Positions 13,226 through 27,388 of a stretch of DNA of 64,000 nucleotides are shown here, piece after piece (position 1 is the first letter of the stretch; each line of letters opens with the position of its first letter). The stretch lies in the NCBI GenBank assembly GCA_050575255.1, contig JBNZDD010013635.1, forward strand, positions 1,132,910-1,196,909, given 5' to 3'. This stretch comes from Harriotta raleighana (Eukaryota). The translations under genes and the position numbers were made by a program. The notes beneath the pieces were generated by a model, which was not told the DNA's origin, searched no databases, and saw only the letters and a list, made by a program, of their open reading frames with translations.

Positions 13226-14350
13226 TATAAAAAGGCCAACAGTCGTGCATTAGAAACGATCAGCTGGTCAAGTTCTGATGGCCTGAAGACATCATCTTAA
13301 CCTGTCTGACCACATTTTCTGAATATCTTAGAATCCACAACACGGAAAATTCTCATACCCAATATCGTTTGGCAGTGAGTTCTTTTTAAGAACTTGATGA
13401 AAAGTGCTTCCAAGATAATACTGAATTGAGGAATAAGTGACAATTCTGCACATCTTACCATTTTATAATAAAATGGCCTCAGGTGTTAAAATCAGGTGAA
13501 TTATAGGGATTCACATGGAGGATAAAACTGCACTGGGTGTGAATACTGTAGCACAAAGCAGTGAAATTGTGAGACAAAAGAAGAAAATTGAAGAGCAGCA
13601 AAAATAGTAAGCGTTCATTATTTTTGCACAGAATATTTACTAAGAAAGGCTCTGTGGTTTAAATGTCCCAATGTTTTTTCAGTTGCATTAATCACTATTT
13701 TAGTACATTTGTTGTGTCTTATTTCTAAATCAGACTACAGACATAAAAGATCAACTTAACATAGCATTTTTATCTAAATTGCCATGATAATGGAGTCAGT
13801 GACCCACTTAGAATCATCTTAGTGTTTTGGGTCACTTCATTACTGAACCTCTGATAGTAATATTGTTTCTTTAATTATATGCCTGTTTGCTGTTTTACGA
13901 ATAATTCTCTGTTCTTGAGAGTCATTACCATCTGAATCTCATTGTAAGACAGAGATGGTTTATAATCCATTGGCTACTCATTGGCAAAGCCCTATAATTT
14001 GAGCTTTATTATGCATGGATGAAGATCCCGTGATGACTTGCATTGTTCAACAGGGCCTTTTTTTTTGATTCTGCAGAGAACATTTCTCCGAATATTGGCA
14101 GACTCCCAGCTCCTAATTATCACAATTCAAATTCATTACATGAGCCAGGGAAAATTAATTTCTACTTTAGCACACAGATGATAAAAAGAAACCAGTAGGT
14201 TCTAAGTGAGGGATAGGTTCTTCTTGTAACTTGGTTGCTTGCATTGTGCCCTCGCTCCCTGATTGAACTACTTCCAGTAATTCACAGTTTGGTCAGCATC
14301 ACTTTTTAATGTGGCTGTACTTTGAGCTCACTGAGAAAAACAAGCTTGAT

Positions 14351-14522
14351 TGGTAGCACTCGCCTTTGGTTCAGGAGATGACCGGTTCACATTTTGAGCT
14401 CAAAGTCCAGGCTGATACTCTGGGCAGTGCAGTACTGACAGAATGCTACATAGATGGAGGTGTTGTCGTCTTTGGATGAGATGTTCAATTAAGATGTCTG
14501 CCTGTTCAGGTGAATGTTAAAT
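14351..14522 (+). mobile_element. Older DeuSINE (SacSINE1/AmnSINE1-like), 5' part
   Basis: GTAGCACTCGCC head, then AGGCTGATACT...AGTGCAGTACTGA...GGAGGTG...GTCTTTGGATGAGATGTT...TTCAGGTGAATGT, the 5' Deu-domain motifs. Confidence 0.7.
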
Positions 14523-16376
14523 AGTTTTTTTGGGACCATGGAACCAAATGCCAGCATGAAACGTTGGATCTATGAGCAAAAGGGTTTATAAAAGAAAGGG
14601 AAAGATTTGAAAAAAAACAGTTTCCACGGACGATATTCTTCTGCTTACTCTATAAATATATGAATTTAATTAAAAATACTGTCAAATAAGTAGTGCATTT
14701 CTTGTCATTTAGGATGAAATAATATTGTTAAAATGATTAGTTCACAGACTGTAGTTTAACATTGGAATGGGACTGCTGGGATTTGAGATTCGAAAATAAA
14801 CAGATTGAAATAATTTCATTAAATATCTGTAAGAAGAAGGTCACCCGACACCATGAAAATGATGTGCAAATGCACCACGTTTTATATTCACAGAATTCCT
14901 GCTGCCATACCCTATAGGGAACCATTTGCTCTCTCTCAATTCAAAAGGTTGGGAAATGTTTTATAATTCACAAATAAAATGTGCAGGGAAACAGTCCGAA
15001 TCATACACAGCTTTAGCCTGTGGCAAATCAACATCGCCACAACTGTCTCATTAAAAATGGAAATGCTTTAAACACCCCAAAGAAAATATGTTTGAAACAT
15101 TTTGAAATTGCTGAAAGATATAAAGGTGAAGCTTTTTTAACTCTCCATTACTCGTCCACCCCCCACTTGAATTCCTTATTGCTGCTCTGTTGGCTTATCT
15201 CCCTGGAATACTCTGAGATAATGCAAACTGTGCTTCAGTGTTAAAGACTGTGACAAATCCTCAAATGGCTCGCTCTATGAAATGCTTCAGATTACATTTA
15301 TGCGGGTCCTGTCAAACCAAATATAAATCGTCAGTAAATAGCTTACAAATACAATTAAAACATTCAACAATTTAGAAAATGGTGAATTATAAATACAGAT
15401 AGTAAATTGTTGATCTGGGTTGCAATGGGCACAGCAAGAAGTCAACTTTATTACGATTGCTGCAATTGTTGCAGAGCACAATAACCTATGAGAAAACTAT
15501 GTTTTGAGAAATTACAATGCTATAAAATGCTTTATCAAATACAAGGATTATTGTTACAATTTAGAATTATAGAGTGTCAATATATCTTAACTGATCTTAC
15601 TCCATTCAGCATTCAAAGTTGCCATCATCCATTCATGATGTTTATATAATTACTGGAACATAAGTGTTTAGAGCTATACCTCTTCATTAGCACATATTTA
15701 TTCTCAGATTTTGCTTCTAGTATACCTTGGGAATGAGCTTTGGAGCTATTCATCCATCATTAGTTACTATTCAGTTCACAAAATCGCAGGTTTCTTGTAT
15801 GAATTATAAATCAGGGCAGATTCCATCTGGTAGGACTTTCAACATAACTATATACTCAGATCTAATGTAGTAATTTGCAGATGAATAGAGTATTAGAAAG
15901 ACAAAAATACACATTGAGATGTGTGAAGGGCTCATGCCTGTAAAAAGTGCTATGCTGTGAAACTTCATCCAGTATACATCAATCATCCTGTTTGTTTAGC
16001 GAGAGCCCCAAATCAGACCAGGATTGCAGGGCTCATTTCTCTTGCAGCTCAGTGTCACAAACCACATTTACACCACAGTGACAAATTCAATTTGGAGCTT
16101 ATTATCTAAATTGAGTTTGCTAAACAAGTACTCACAATTTAGACTGGGGCTGGGGAGCCTATTATAGTTCATCGATTGCCGCTACAAACCTGGCAGAAGC
16201 ATCATTTATTGTCTTTCGTATGCCTACGTGACATCAATCTATAAAACAATAGCTGGGCCAAATAAAAATACTCCACAAACATCTTGTTCTATGGTTCTAC
16301 ATTCCTGCAGCATACAAAGAAAACTCAAGTTCTAGGAGGGAATGAGACATCACTTAATAAAATAGTAAGACTCACT

Positions 16377-16445
16377 CTAACTAACCAACTAACTAACTAA
16401 ACTAACTAACTATCTCTCTCTATCTCTCTATCTCTCTTATCTATC
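16377..16445. repeat. Compound microsatellite (CTAA)n/(CT)n
   Basis: Directly visible. Confidence 0.9.
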
Positions 16446-16516
16446 TGAAAACATTCATCCCTAATCAGCTGAAGGAAACTGTTAGCTGCAGGATTACTGA
16501 TAACTATTCTTCTCAG

Positions 16517-16833
16517 ATAATAATAATAATAATCCTTGCATTTGATATAGCGCTTTTCACATCTTATCGACGTCCCAAAGCGCTTCACAGAATATACTGT
16601 AAAGTGAATTGACTGTATATTTGTGGGCGGAACGCGGCAGCCAATTGCGCACAGCAGTGTCCCACAAACAGTCGTGGATTGAAATGACCAATTTTATTAT
16701 TGTGGTATTTTTTTTTTTGAGGGATTATTATTAGGCGTGTGGAGTAAGGAAACTTGCCCAAGGTTTCGCCCTGATTTGCCGGGATTCGAACACAGATCTC
16801 ATGCTTGTAAGGCGAGTGCTCTAACCACTAAGC
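16517..16833 (-). mobile_element. tRNA-derived Deu-domain SINE, young near-full-length copy
   Basis: Retains many CpGs, B box GTTCGAATCC, Deu core and (ATT)n tail. Confidence 0.95.
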
Positions 16834-18344
16834 CGATCATTTAAGGTAATAAATATAATCCTATAGAGCTAATCTTCAGAATGTTAGGCAGAGTTTGGCA
16901 ATGTTTTCCTTGTGTGCTGAGATACTTGTCATGCAATTATGAAATTAAAATTATATTTTAAATGATACATGAAATGTTGGGATATTCTGGGCTGAGTGGA
17001 TGAGTGGTTTGGGAGTGTGGGGGGAAGATTTCTCAATTAGCACCAATGCAGAACAGTGATATTGGTACAGATGGGTATCTCATATTTGGGTAACTCATTA
17101 TAATGAAATGATCAAAGGTTCAGTGGAGAACATCACACTACTGTTGATTACCTGTAATTCCTAATGTACTTCCAGCAAGTGATCCCACTGCAAAAGGTTG
17201 CTTCTGAGGATTGTTACAAGTACTCTGAGCTCCATCAATTTTATTTTCCAGCCAAGTCTCTAATAATGAAATATGTGATTTGAATAGAATCGGGTAGAGA
17301 TTGTTGTACAGTGTTGTACTCATCAGAAAAAAAAGAATGATAGAATAGCATTGGAAAAAAATTGTTTCGCATTAGATACAAATTCCTAGTATCCTCAGTA
17401 ATTTTATAGTTTCTGTTTTTTACCTGCAGAGCAGTTGGTAATTAATGAAAGAGCGAGAATTGGCAAATAATGACAAAAGTGAATTCCCAAGATTAGCAAG
17501 AATTCTCAAGATTCCATCTTGTTTTGCAATAGTAATTTGTGGTAGTGGGAATCAATGATCCTGTTAACCAGTACTCAAGAGCTAAATGATATTTTGCTAG
17601 ACCACCCTGTTGTGGAAATGAGCCCACATGCTGTATCCATCACTGTTTGTGTCAGCAATGCCCTGAACAAACACGATTCAGCAAATTGGTAAATTTAACA
17701 AAATATAACAAGTTGCCGTTCGCAAAGACCTAGAGCAACACTTATTTGTCAGACAACTTCACTCTCTCGCTGTTCTTGGTTTATTTTATTCCACTTCAGG
17801 GCTGATTCTGTGCAAGTCTCAGAAATAAATGAATGTGTATGTAACATGTGATGTTGTTGTTTTGCATAAGTGAAGAGATCAGTGCCTCAAGTATTAGAAT
17901 ACAGCCTTTGTGAGGCCAGATCGAATCTGAATATGACTACAGGAGCACAAACCACCATCAAATGTCAAATTCATTCATTTGCGGCAGCCAAAAGTTGTGT
18001 CTGACACAACTCAGAATTGGAACAAAATCCAATTCGCTTCTACATGTGTGGTGCTGGTAATGTGTTTGCTTTGAAGAGATAACCAATCTGTTTTCATCAA
18101 GCATTCAGTCATTGAGCCTCACTCGGCTAATTCACGATACGGCGAGTCTGTACTGTATTATGGTGACATTTTGTTCTGACAAAATATAGATTGTGAAAGG
18201 ATTTAATTTTAATGCAAATTTTTAAAAAAAAAGAAACTGGTGAATTGTTCCACATTAAATCTGCAGCCTTGTCCTTGGATCAAGATCTGTATCCCCGAAA
18301 CATAACTCCTCAACATTCATAGTGCTTTCTTTGCTTGCAGTGTC

Positions 18345-18595
18345 AAACTTCTGATGGACCTCTGTCACATTTCTGTAAGGAATCAGTAGAGAGGAACACA
18401 GGTGCCCTAACCAACAAATCCCCCCAAAATAAAATCAGTCATTAGGTTCGTGGTTTCTTGTGGGACAGTGTTGTGCAAAATGGGACTGTAGCATTTGCCT
18501 AAAATATACACAACCATAGCAATAAATCCTGCGAAGAGCATCGAGACATCCTCCTGATATGAAAGGTGTTAGATCAAATGCAAGGATTATTATTG
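18345..18595 (+). mobile_element. Older DeuSINE, 3' part
   Basis: TTGTGGGACAGTGTTGTGCAAAATGG core and tail GAGACATCCTCCTGATATGAAAGG...AAATGCAAGGATTATTATT. Confidence 0.7.
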
Positions 18596-19441
18596 TGCTT
18601 CAGGTTTCTTCAAGTGGGAAGTTTGCCAACCTCCACATATTGCAAGCTTTGAAGCAGGAGTGAACTCTAGCTGCCCGAAGCCAGATGTCAGAGCAGTACA
18701 TATTCTATGCCCGTCAGAGTTTGTACATCAAATATTGACATCTTTAATGAAAGATGGGTCGAATATTTTTTAAAAACATGTTTGTATCATCGTGCAAATA
18801 TGAACGCTCTATGCCATTTAAACTGCTCTTTCAAGTCAAGTTATGAACTGCAACTCAACTAGAAGCAATGCCATGACCTTGACCACTGTTGGTGAGCCCA
18901 TAAACAAACGTACATTCAAAGAGGCTGAAATCACAGAAAACTTCACAAATACTGTAATGGGATTACATGGGAGAAGATATTGGTTTGTTGGTTAATTTTC
19001 AATGTCAGCTCCTGCTTTTCTGCTTCAATGATGAAGATTTTATAGTAACAACAACTTGAATATATACAGGGTGAATCAAAAGTCCTCACTTGTACCATAG
19101 GTACCATGAGATGTTCAAACTGCATGCCATGTAATCATTTATACATATTAACTCGGTGACAAAATCTTTCACAAATGCAATGAACGACATCTCATTTAAT
19201 AGCTGCACACTCTATGAATGTTGTCTAAAAAAAAGGAATATAGTAAATAATTAAAACCTCTACAAGTAAGGTCTTTTGATTCATCCTAGATAGAGCCCTT
19301 CATATAGGTAGCTCTGATAATTTACATAAGTTACACTTTTTTTTTGTATGTTTGCTCTTTTGCACGATCACTGCATTACAATAAAGAATAGTTTTTTCAA
19401 ACAAAAAACCATTCAGGGAGACAAGAGGAGGGAGATCAGAT

Positions 19442-19548
19442 ACAACACAACAATGAAGTTACATTTGTAGAGTGCGTTTCACATTGGGAGGACATCTCAA
19501 GGTGCTGAACTGTCAGGCGTCAGGACCCGAGCATGGCGGGGGGGAGGG
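19442..19548 (-). mobile_element. L2 3' tail fragment
   Basis: Similar to 68-165 (TTACATTTGTAGAGTGCGTTTCACAT, GGACCCGAGC). Confidence 0.7.
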
Positions 19549-20184
19549 ACTTTGGATGGATCTCTGCAGACAGACAGAGTAAGATCCTCTTTCTTTGATC
19601 ATGAATTTATTGCTTACTGGTAAGAAACTGTGACATGCTCATCCAAATCTGCTGCCATCTTTACAATAACCAGATAGAGGGATGGTACTGTAGTTGGTAC
19701 TGTCAAACACACAAAGTCTCCCATGTGAAAGCTCATCAAATAATCAAATTGATCTTCCCTTTCAAATTAACTTCCCCAATATTGCAGTAGAAACAGGGAA
19801 CTTGTGGATTTGTGGGTGTGACTCCCCACTTTAACAATTTGAGACATCTCACTTCGATGCCCCCAAAATTCATCAAGTTACCAGAATATTTTTACTTCTG
19901 AAGACTTGGCCCAAGAAAGTTGTCAACAAAATACAGTACTATAGAGGGGAGATTTGCACCACAACATGGGAAGATCAAACTGTAACATGGTGTAAGATAA
20001 ATCTTGCATCACAATCTTCACATTACAAATCAATATAGTCCCATCTCAGGTAAAATCGGATAGCTGGCTGTTGGTAGAAAATTACATCTGTAAAGGCATT
20101 CCAACTTTGTTAGATTCAGCTTCTTCCATTAAACTAAATTCAGGGTTTACATTACAATCGAATGGTGGTAGGAAGAAGGAGGCA

Positions 20185-20488
20185 AATAATAATAATAATC
20201 CATGCATTTGATATAGTGCTTTGCATATTTTCAAGACATCTCAAAGAGCTTTGCAGATATACTGTAAAGTGAATTGACTGTATATTTGTGGGAGAAACAC
20301 TGAGGGAAATTGCGCACAGCAGTGTACCATAAACAGTCGTGGATTGAAATGACCAATTTCTTATTTTTTTATCTAGAGGGATTATTATAAGGCATGTAGA
20401 GTATCAGCTGTGTGGATTTGCCCTGCTGGGAATCAAATGCAGGTCACACGTTTGCAAGTCAAGTTCTCTAACCACTGAGCTACTGGAT
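20185..20488 (-). mobile_element. tRNA-derived Deu-domain SINE with internal deletion
   Basis: Tail, Deu core and head (CTCTAACCACTGAGCTAC) are all present. Confidence 0.9.
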
Positions 20489-21009
20489 TGTCAATCAAAG
20501 TAACAGTCGAGATACACAAGATGTATGAACTTAATACAATACACATTTTATTTCACGGATGAAAGACAAAGTAAAGATTCCATATTGAAATCATATCCAA
20601 CAATTGGGTAAGGATGGCATCAGAATACAAAGCAATTCCACACTTCAGAAAGAGAACATCTGAATGCACTTTTAGCCCAAATCGAAAGGTCTTAAAATGT
20701 AAAACAATATCATCAGATGGAAAATATATACCGGATTTCTAATATTCCTGCAATTTTAGTTCAGATCTACAATGAAATTCCCCTACCAGGCTCTCCTGTG
20801 AGACACAGGACCATATTATTTTGCAGTTAGTGAATAATAATATCCAGTCCAGGTCATTCAATCAATGCCACAATCACCAGTCCTGTTAAAGGAATAGAGA
20901 ACGGTTGCTGGATAAGCTTGTTACTAGTTGTCACAAATGTGCAAAATTAAACTGGATTTGAAGAAGTGAATCCTCCAGTGGACAAGATTTCATTGAGGCC
21001 TGTGATAAC

Positions 21010-21075
21010 CAAATGCTGATTGGAATAACACCCGAAAATGCTGGAAACGCCACAGTGAGGTCAATCAGAATCTGC
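21010..21075 (-). mobile_element. Penelope-like terminal fragment, degenerate
   Basis: GAAAATGCTGGAAAC...AGGTCAATCAGAATCTG resembles 61005-61085. Confidence 0.4.
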
Positions 21076-21702
21076 CACTGATAAGCAGGAGACCGCAGCA
21101 AGCCATGTAGAAACTTAATGTGGCAAAAAAAAAGAGAAAAATAACAAAGAAAATTGAAAATAGAGTAAGGGAAGTAAGCTGTGCCCAAGTATCCTGCCTG
21201 GAGGAAGTGCTGTAATCAAAAGCCTCAGGCTACAGCAGGCAATTTTAACGAAATTCCTATTTCATTGACACAGTCTTCAAAAGCACTGAACATAAGGATT
21301 GTGTATAAACTGAGGGACTGAAACCGCTTAGGTTATAAAGATACATTTACCTTGTTTGATTAGACTTGAATCTTTAAAGTGAAAGTTAATATGCTATAAA
21401 TGCCAAATAATTTTATATTCTACAAAATATTCAACAGTTAATGAAATGTGCCATTGTTCCCCTGCCTCCAGCCTTCACCCTGCAAGGCTACAGATCAGTG
21501 ATTTGCTTTTAGTAGATATTTAATGTACGTCATCAGTGACCGTTCCCATAATTTTGTATAGTGTGAATCTCTGCTTAAGTTAATCAGAAATCAACATTGC
21601 CGAGCAATAGACAAAATCCTCTCTTTTTTTTCCATTTCTAACAAATGTTTCACAAGCTTCAAGTTCATAAAGAACGGTAAATACTGATACACGTCAATTC
21701 GT

Positions 21703-21809
21703 GGACGTCCTCCTAACATGAAAGGCGTTCTACAAATGTAATTTTAATAAGAATAATCATTGCATTTGATATAGCACTTTTCACATCTTATCGATGTCTC
21801 AAAGCACTT
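21703..21809. mobile_element. Tail-to-tail L2 3' end (+) and SINE 3' end (-)
   Basis: GGACGTCCTCCTAACATGAAAGGCG...AAATGTAA abuts TTGCATTTGATATAGCACTTTTCACATC. Confidence 0.75.
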
Positions 21810-21880
21810 ATATTGTTGTTGTTGTTGCACTGTAACACTTTTATCTTCCTCCAGCTAAGAAAATACCTTGTTACATTGTA

Positions 21881-22516
21881 CAGTAAAAGCCCGTTTATCC
21901 AAAAAGCCCGTTTATCCGAAAAACCAGTTGAACCGGCACCTCAAAAAAAAAGGCCCAATTCGATAAACTGGAAGTTATCCGGCAGAATAGTGATGATGCA
22001 TTTAATGAATCGATTGTCGCACACGAGTACTGTGCAGGTATATCCGCTAGCCGCTAGTCGAGCCTAAACTCGGGCAACTGCCGTTTTTTTAAAAAGTTGC
22101 ACTACTGCTGTTTTTTTAAAAAGTTGCACTGCCATTTTATTTTCCTCCCGTGGCGGCCATTGCAGAAGTTAAGTATAAATAATAAAGTACTAATACAATA
22201 TTCTGTTATTATAGTATCGGTTATTAGTGTATTTAGTCTATTATTTATATGGCAGTGTACAAGATTTACAATAAAGTAGCCATAAATTTTGTGTTATTAC
22301 AGTATCTGTTATTACTGTATTTATTCTATTAGTGTACAACATTTACAATAAAATACCCATGCAATATTGTTATTATCTGTTATTATTTAGTCTATTATTA
22401 ATATGGCATGTGTTAAAATAATTTTAATTTTAATTTTAAAAAAAACGTTCAACTGGAAAGCTGTTTAACTGCCACTGGCCAGGTCCCATGGGTGCCAGAT
22501 AAACAGGCTTTTACTG
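21881..22516. mobile_element. Complete pogo/Tigger-type MITE (636 bp)
   Basis: TIRs CAGTAAAAGCCCGTTTATCC and AGATAAACAGGCTTTTACTG match 18/20. TA flanks both sides. The interior is AT-rich, internally repeated and has no transposase. Confidence 0.92.
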
Positions 22517-24990
22517 TATTTGTCTGCAGGAATGTTTGCCATGAAAACCCATCGTAATGGGATTTGTATGAGCAGATCATGGGTCTTCAGACTGCTCCAT
22601 ACATACTAACCTGGAATTTTCAACCATGTTGCTGTCCTAATCTATCCACTGTGGCCCTCAACCAAATTTCTCAGGGGAAAATTATATATTCCTTAATTCA
22701 GGAATGGAGACCAGAGGGATTTGGAAAAATGGAAATTAAACACTGAAGCTAAAAGAAATGGCAAAGAAGGAAATTAATGTCAAAACATTTAAAGAAAACA
22801 AAGAGAAACAGCAGCAAGCAGAAATAGGAGCGGAGCTTAGAGAAGCGATGTCAGGAGAAAGCAATACCTTATAAATCTTGGTATAATTGGCTCTGCATGT
22901 TGATGAATGAAAACACACTTATGAAAATATTATCAGTGTTTCCGTACTTTACCCTGGTCTATTCAATCTTATTTACTTACTTGAAGATATGCAAAGAATT
23001 TGTGCACACAGGAAAAAGTTAATCATGATACAACATGGAAAGTTACATATGCCATAATTTTTTCTAAAAATCCTACATAAAACAGTTCTGCTCCCTGAGT
23101 TAGAGAGGGTAAAATCAATCACAAGGCGTCTTTGAAGGGCATATACTCAAGTTGGGACTGAATTTATTGAAGTTTGGGAAGAGGGTAGATGATGGAATCC
23201 AGTTCTCCAACGTCAATTCTCTCTTTCATTCCAATCACTATTTTAGTTTGAATTCAATGGTGAGTATCTACCGTCACAGTATAAATGTACCTCAGCAGGT
23301 GAGAGCGAGACTCAATTGTAAGGCAAAAGAGCAGACTTTAGTTGTGTCCACTTTCATTTGATTGGGTTTTGAGGTCGTGAGTTGTGGTGAACAGAATGAA
23401 AGTGATGGAGTATTGACGATTTGTGCCAAACCTTTTGAAAGCGGTCATGAACATTCCTTCACGTCATGCAATTACAAAAACACCAGAATGCAAATGACTC
23501 TTAGCATCTCCGTATTCGACCGATTGAGGTCGCCCATTTCGGCCCTGTTAAATGTAAAGAAATTAACCCAAGAATAGAACGCCTGGAGACAGACAACGGT
23601 GGGATTTGGACATAGAATGCATGAAAAATTAACTGTGACGGGGGCATTGGGATTACTCTGGCTTTTGCACGGCCAACAAATTACATTTTACAGTGAACAC
23701 AATTACATAGCTGGTGGTTCCTTAATAATGTATGAAAGGCTGTCTGCATCACTGCCACCAGGCCAGCCAGGCAGCCATCTGCTCCCATTCAGAGTTGATT
23801 CATCAGCTCCTTCTCTTGCCCCTAGATACAGAACCCAGAACTGTTGTTGACTTTTGATAGAACAAAGTCACTCATTTATCTCTGTCCTTTTGGGCTCCCC
23901 TGGAATCGCATCAAGGTTTGTGGATTCAATTGTAACCTGTATTTTTATTATTATTACAAATGATGTTTCTTGCTGCCTTTAAAGCCTGTCTTCCTCTGGG
24001 AACTGCTCAACCACCCACCAGTATTAGATATAGATCTCGGTTGCACATCTGAGAGGTAGAGGAATGAAACTGCTGGATTATGTATTATGTTTGCAATGAT
24101 TTTTTTGAACCTGAGGGCTTTTGCTAAATTCCATTTGCATCACAAATAACATTAGTGTAATGATAACTCCTTGCCCTCCAGAAGAAACACCCTACAGCCT
24201 ATTTACATGTGTTTTGCTTCCTGAGTAATTCAATGTGAATAATGACACTGTAAATGTAATCATTTGGATTTTTGAAAGTTTTTCTGCGTGTCTTTATTGC
24301 TAATTCTGACACTTGTGCAGAAATATTGGATTCTATGGATCAAAGCTAAATGGCAGTAAAACCAATAGGGGGTTTGATCACAGTACGAAACTGCCTTTAT
24401 TTACCTGGAGCCCATGATTTAACTGCAAGGTTTCAGCTACAGCGACTTATGTGCTAATTACGCTCATTGGAAACAAAGCTGTTATTCCAATGCCACAAGT
24501 GTATGGCCTCAGTCAACCATAGAGCTTTTGACTATAAGATGTATGTTACTCAGATTTTAACCCATTCGTTAACCACAATGGAGCCTTTAGCAGATCTAGG
24601 GAAAAAGTTAATTTCAACCATGTTATTTGTAATTACAGCATTTGTAATATTGATGGTTCACTGTACATGAACCAGAATAAAATATTGTTTTAGTTTTAGC
24701 TGTGATGATTAGCAAAATCAATGTATTATAAAGGCAGATTTACTTTCATCTTGAATCTGGATAGAGTCCAGAAGATTATTCATTGTTGTTAAGATTCAAG
24801 GAACACAATAAGACCAGTCTAACAGAGATACATGTCACTGTGACAGGAAAATCAACAACATTATTCCAAGTGTCTGCTTCATCTGTGTATCTACAACACA
24901 TAGAACTTAACTCTTTAAGGACTGATAACATTTGTGTGTCAAATGTTTGAAATCAACTATTTACTAAAGAGTTTCAATAAAGTAAGACGT

Positions 24991-25326
24991 GAAGTCCGAT
25001 AGCTCAGTGGTTAGAGCAGTTGCCATACAAGCGTGAGACCTGTGTTCGAATCCAGGCAGGTCAGGGCGATACCTTGGTCAAGTTTCCTTACTCCACGCGC
25101 CTAATAATAACACCTAATAATAATTTCACACCTAATAATAAAAAAAACACAATATTTAAAAATTAGTCATTTCAATCTATGACTGTTTGTGTGACACTGC
25201 AGTGCTCAATTGGCTGCTCCATTTCGCCCACAGATATACAGTCAATTCACTTTACAATATATTCTGTGAAGCGCTTTGAGACATCTAAGAGACATGATAG
25301 GCGCTATATCAAATGCAAGGATTATA
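24991..25326 (+). mobile_element. tRNA-derived Deu-domain SINE, full length
   Basis: A box TAGCTCAGTGG, B box GTTCGAATCC, Deu core, tail; internal CCTAATAATAA repeated three times. Confidence 0.95.
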
Positions 25327-27224
25327 TAATTATATTATATAGGAAGGAGGAACAAGACAAACCAATAGGTGGGAATCAAAATCCAATCATACAACATTTC
25401 TACACATTGGCAGAGAGCTTCTTTAAAATGAATATTTCTTGTGATAGAGAGGAGCATAGTTGTTAAATATTTGGACTTTGTTAAATACCATTGGAGCTTT
25501 CATAGCAGGGACAGATGTTATAACTATTGACTATTCCATAGGAGCTGATATTGCCGATGCAATTGCAGTATACACAATTTCCATCCAATTTTAAAAGTGC
25601 CTGTACAGATTTTAAAACAAAGTTAGTTAATATTAATTTAATAACATGTTTTTCTGATTATGGCTTTTGGTTATGTGTGTCGAAGCCATTTTGGAATTGG
25701 AAAACTATCTTTCAGAAATATTGGTTTTATTTTCTATTAAATTATATAACCTAGCAATAGCAAGACATGTATTTATTAATGAATGCTACACCCCTGCTTT
25801 AGGATATTTTTTCCAATTTGCTGATACTTTGATATACATCAATGTTTCCACGATATACAGATCAAAGTCAAATATATCATCATTGAGTGATACCATTGAA
25901 ATAGCAAGAGACACATATTCCCTGTTGTGTGAGCCTTCAAGAGACAGCTCATTTCTGGTTTTATTGCTTATCAGCCTTTCAGCAGCATAAACCTACACAG
26001 GTTAACATTTGTAGCAAGATTGCTACTTTCATAGTGGAGTCTATTACTCTGGGTGTGTAATCCATGTGAACAGAGGTAATTATACCTCAGTAACTAATTA
26101 TAGTTAACCTTAAAGCAAGCTTGATCCATGAAGGCAATTCTCTCCCTCAGCCACCACCACCCCTACTCTGATTAGAATGACCAGATTCTGAAGTAGAAAG
26201 CAATAGAATTTAATTTTGAATCCGAAATCCATTGGAACTCCCCCTGTTGCAATAAGAGGAGAAAACTGTCAGAGGAATGAGTTGTGATCTGAATGTTATT
26301 AACGATGGATATTAGGAAAAGATTGCATGACTTTTACTTGGGCTTGATACCATACAATACTCCTGCAGAGACCTTGCAATATTCCATTTGACTGAACACC
26401 TAATTTCAAATATTTGGATGTGGTGAATAGGGAAGAATGGGGTGAAAAATTGTGATGTGTGACATGATAATTATCATTGGTGCCTGAAATTTTCTGAAAC
26501 TAATGACTGTTCACGGGAGAATGAAACTAATTTTCACTCTTCGTAAAAGGAAAATGCTTAGAATGGAGCTTGGAAAGCTCGGTGTGATTAATTTACCATC
26601 CAGTGTGTGCATTATGACAACCAAATACAAATGAAATCTGCAGAGACTATGCCAGAGAGCACAGTGAAATCCAAGGCATTGTCTCTGATGGGAAGGGACA
26701 ACTAATTATCTACTTTAAATTTCACTTGCAGGTGAAATGATAATCTCTATACTCAATGAATGTTCGCTCTCTATAAATAATTCAGTATTCTGATTAAACT
26801 CTGAAACTCTGAAAATAAATCCGTAAAACCAGGATTAAACTGCTTCTCCGTAAAACAAAGGACTATTAGGGTTCCCAAGGTAACACAAAACAATGAATAG
26901 AGCTCAATGGGGGTATCAATTACGTTACATTTAAGATTAATTTGAGTGCATTCCCTATTCTGGAAGTTATGTACAGGCAGATTCCAGTCCCATTTCTCAC
27001 TGTGACCAAGAACAGACGCAAAATATACAAATCTGTGTCCCGGGTGTACAGTGAGCTTGACCTACCTGCAGATTTACAACTGCCCATATTTCAGGAGTAG
27101 TTAACAAATAGTTAATTTCACCCAGCCGACATGTTAATTTGGAAATGAAAATAATGCAGCATTATTTTGCAACTGATCTGAGCACTTGGAGGTGACATTA
27201 AATGTAAAAGTGAGAGAAGGATTT

Positions 27225-27388
27225 CACCCCCAGCACCAGCATCCCTCACCTAATCAATCACCCCAAATCCCCTAATTTCCCTCCACCCTACCTGATCCCG
27301 ATTCGGGTCTAAAACATTGACTGTTCAGCGCCTTGTGACATCCTCCTGATGTGAAAGACGCTATTCAAATGTAATTTTGTTGTTATTG
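27225..27388 (+). mobile_element. L2 3' UTR/tail
   Basis: C-rich UTR, then TTGACTGTTCAGCGCCTTGTGACATCCTCCTGATGTGAAAGACGCT and a (GTT)-type end. Confidence 0.75.

Noticed and set aside
17295-17330. Hammerhead-like CTGATGA-GTACA-ACAC-TGTAC on the minus strand
   Set aside because: Followed by AACA instead of GAAA, and no stem I or stem III can be formed.
25659-25680. miRNA-like starts (TATGGCTTTT here; TAATCTCAG near 10510; TCTTTGGTT near 6021)
   Set aside because: Only seed-length matches, with no full mature sequence or precursor hairpin.
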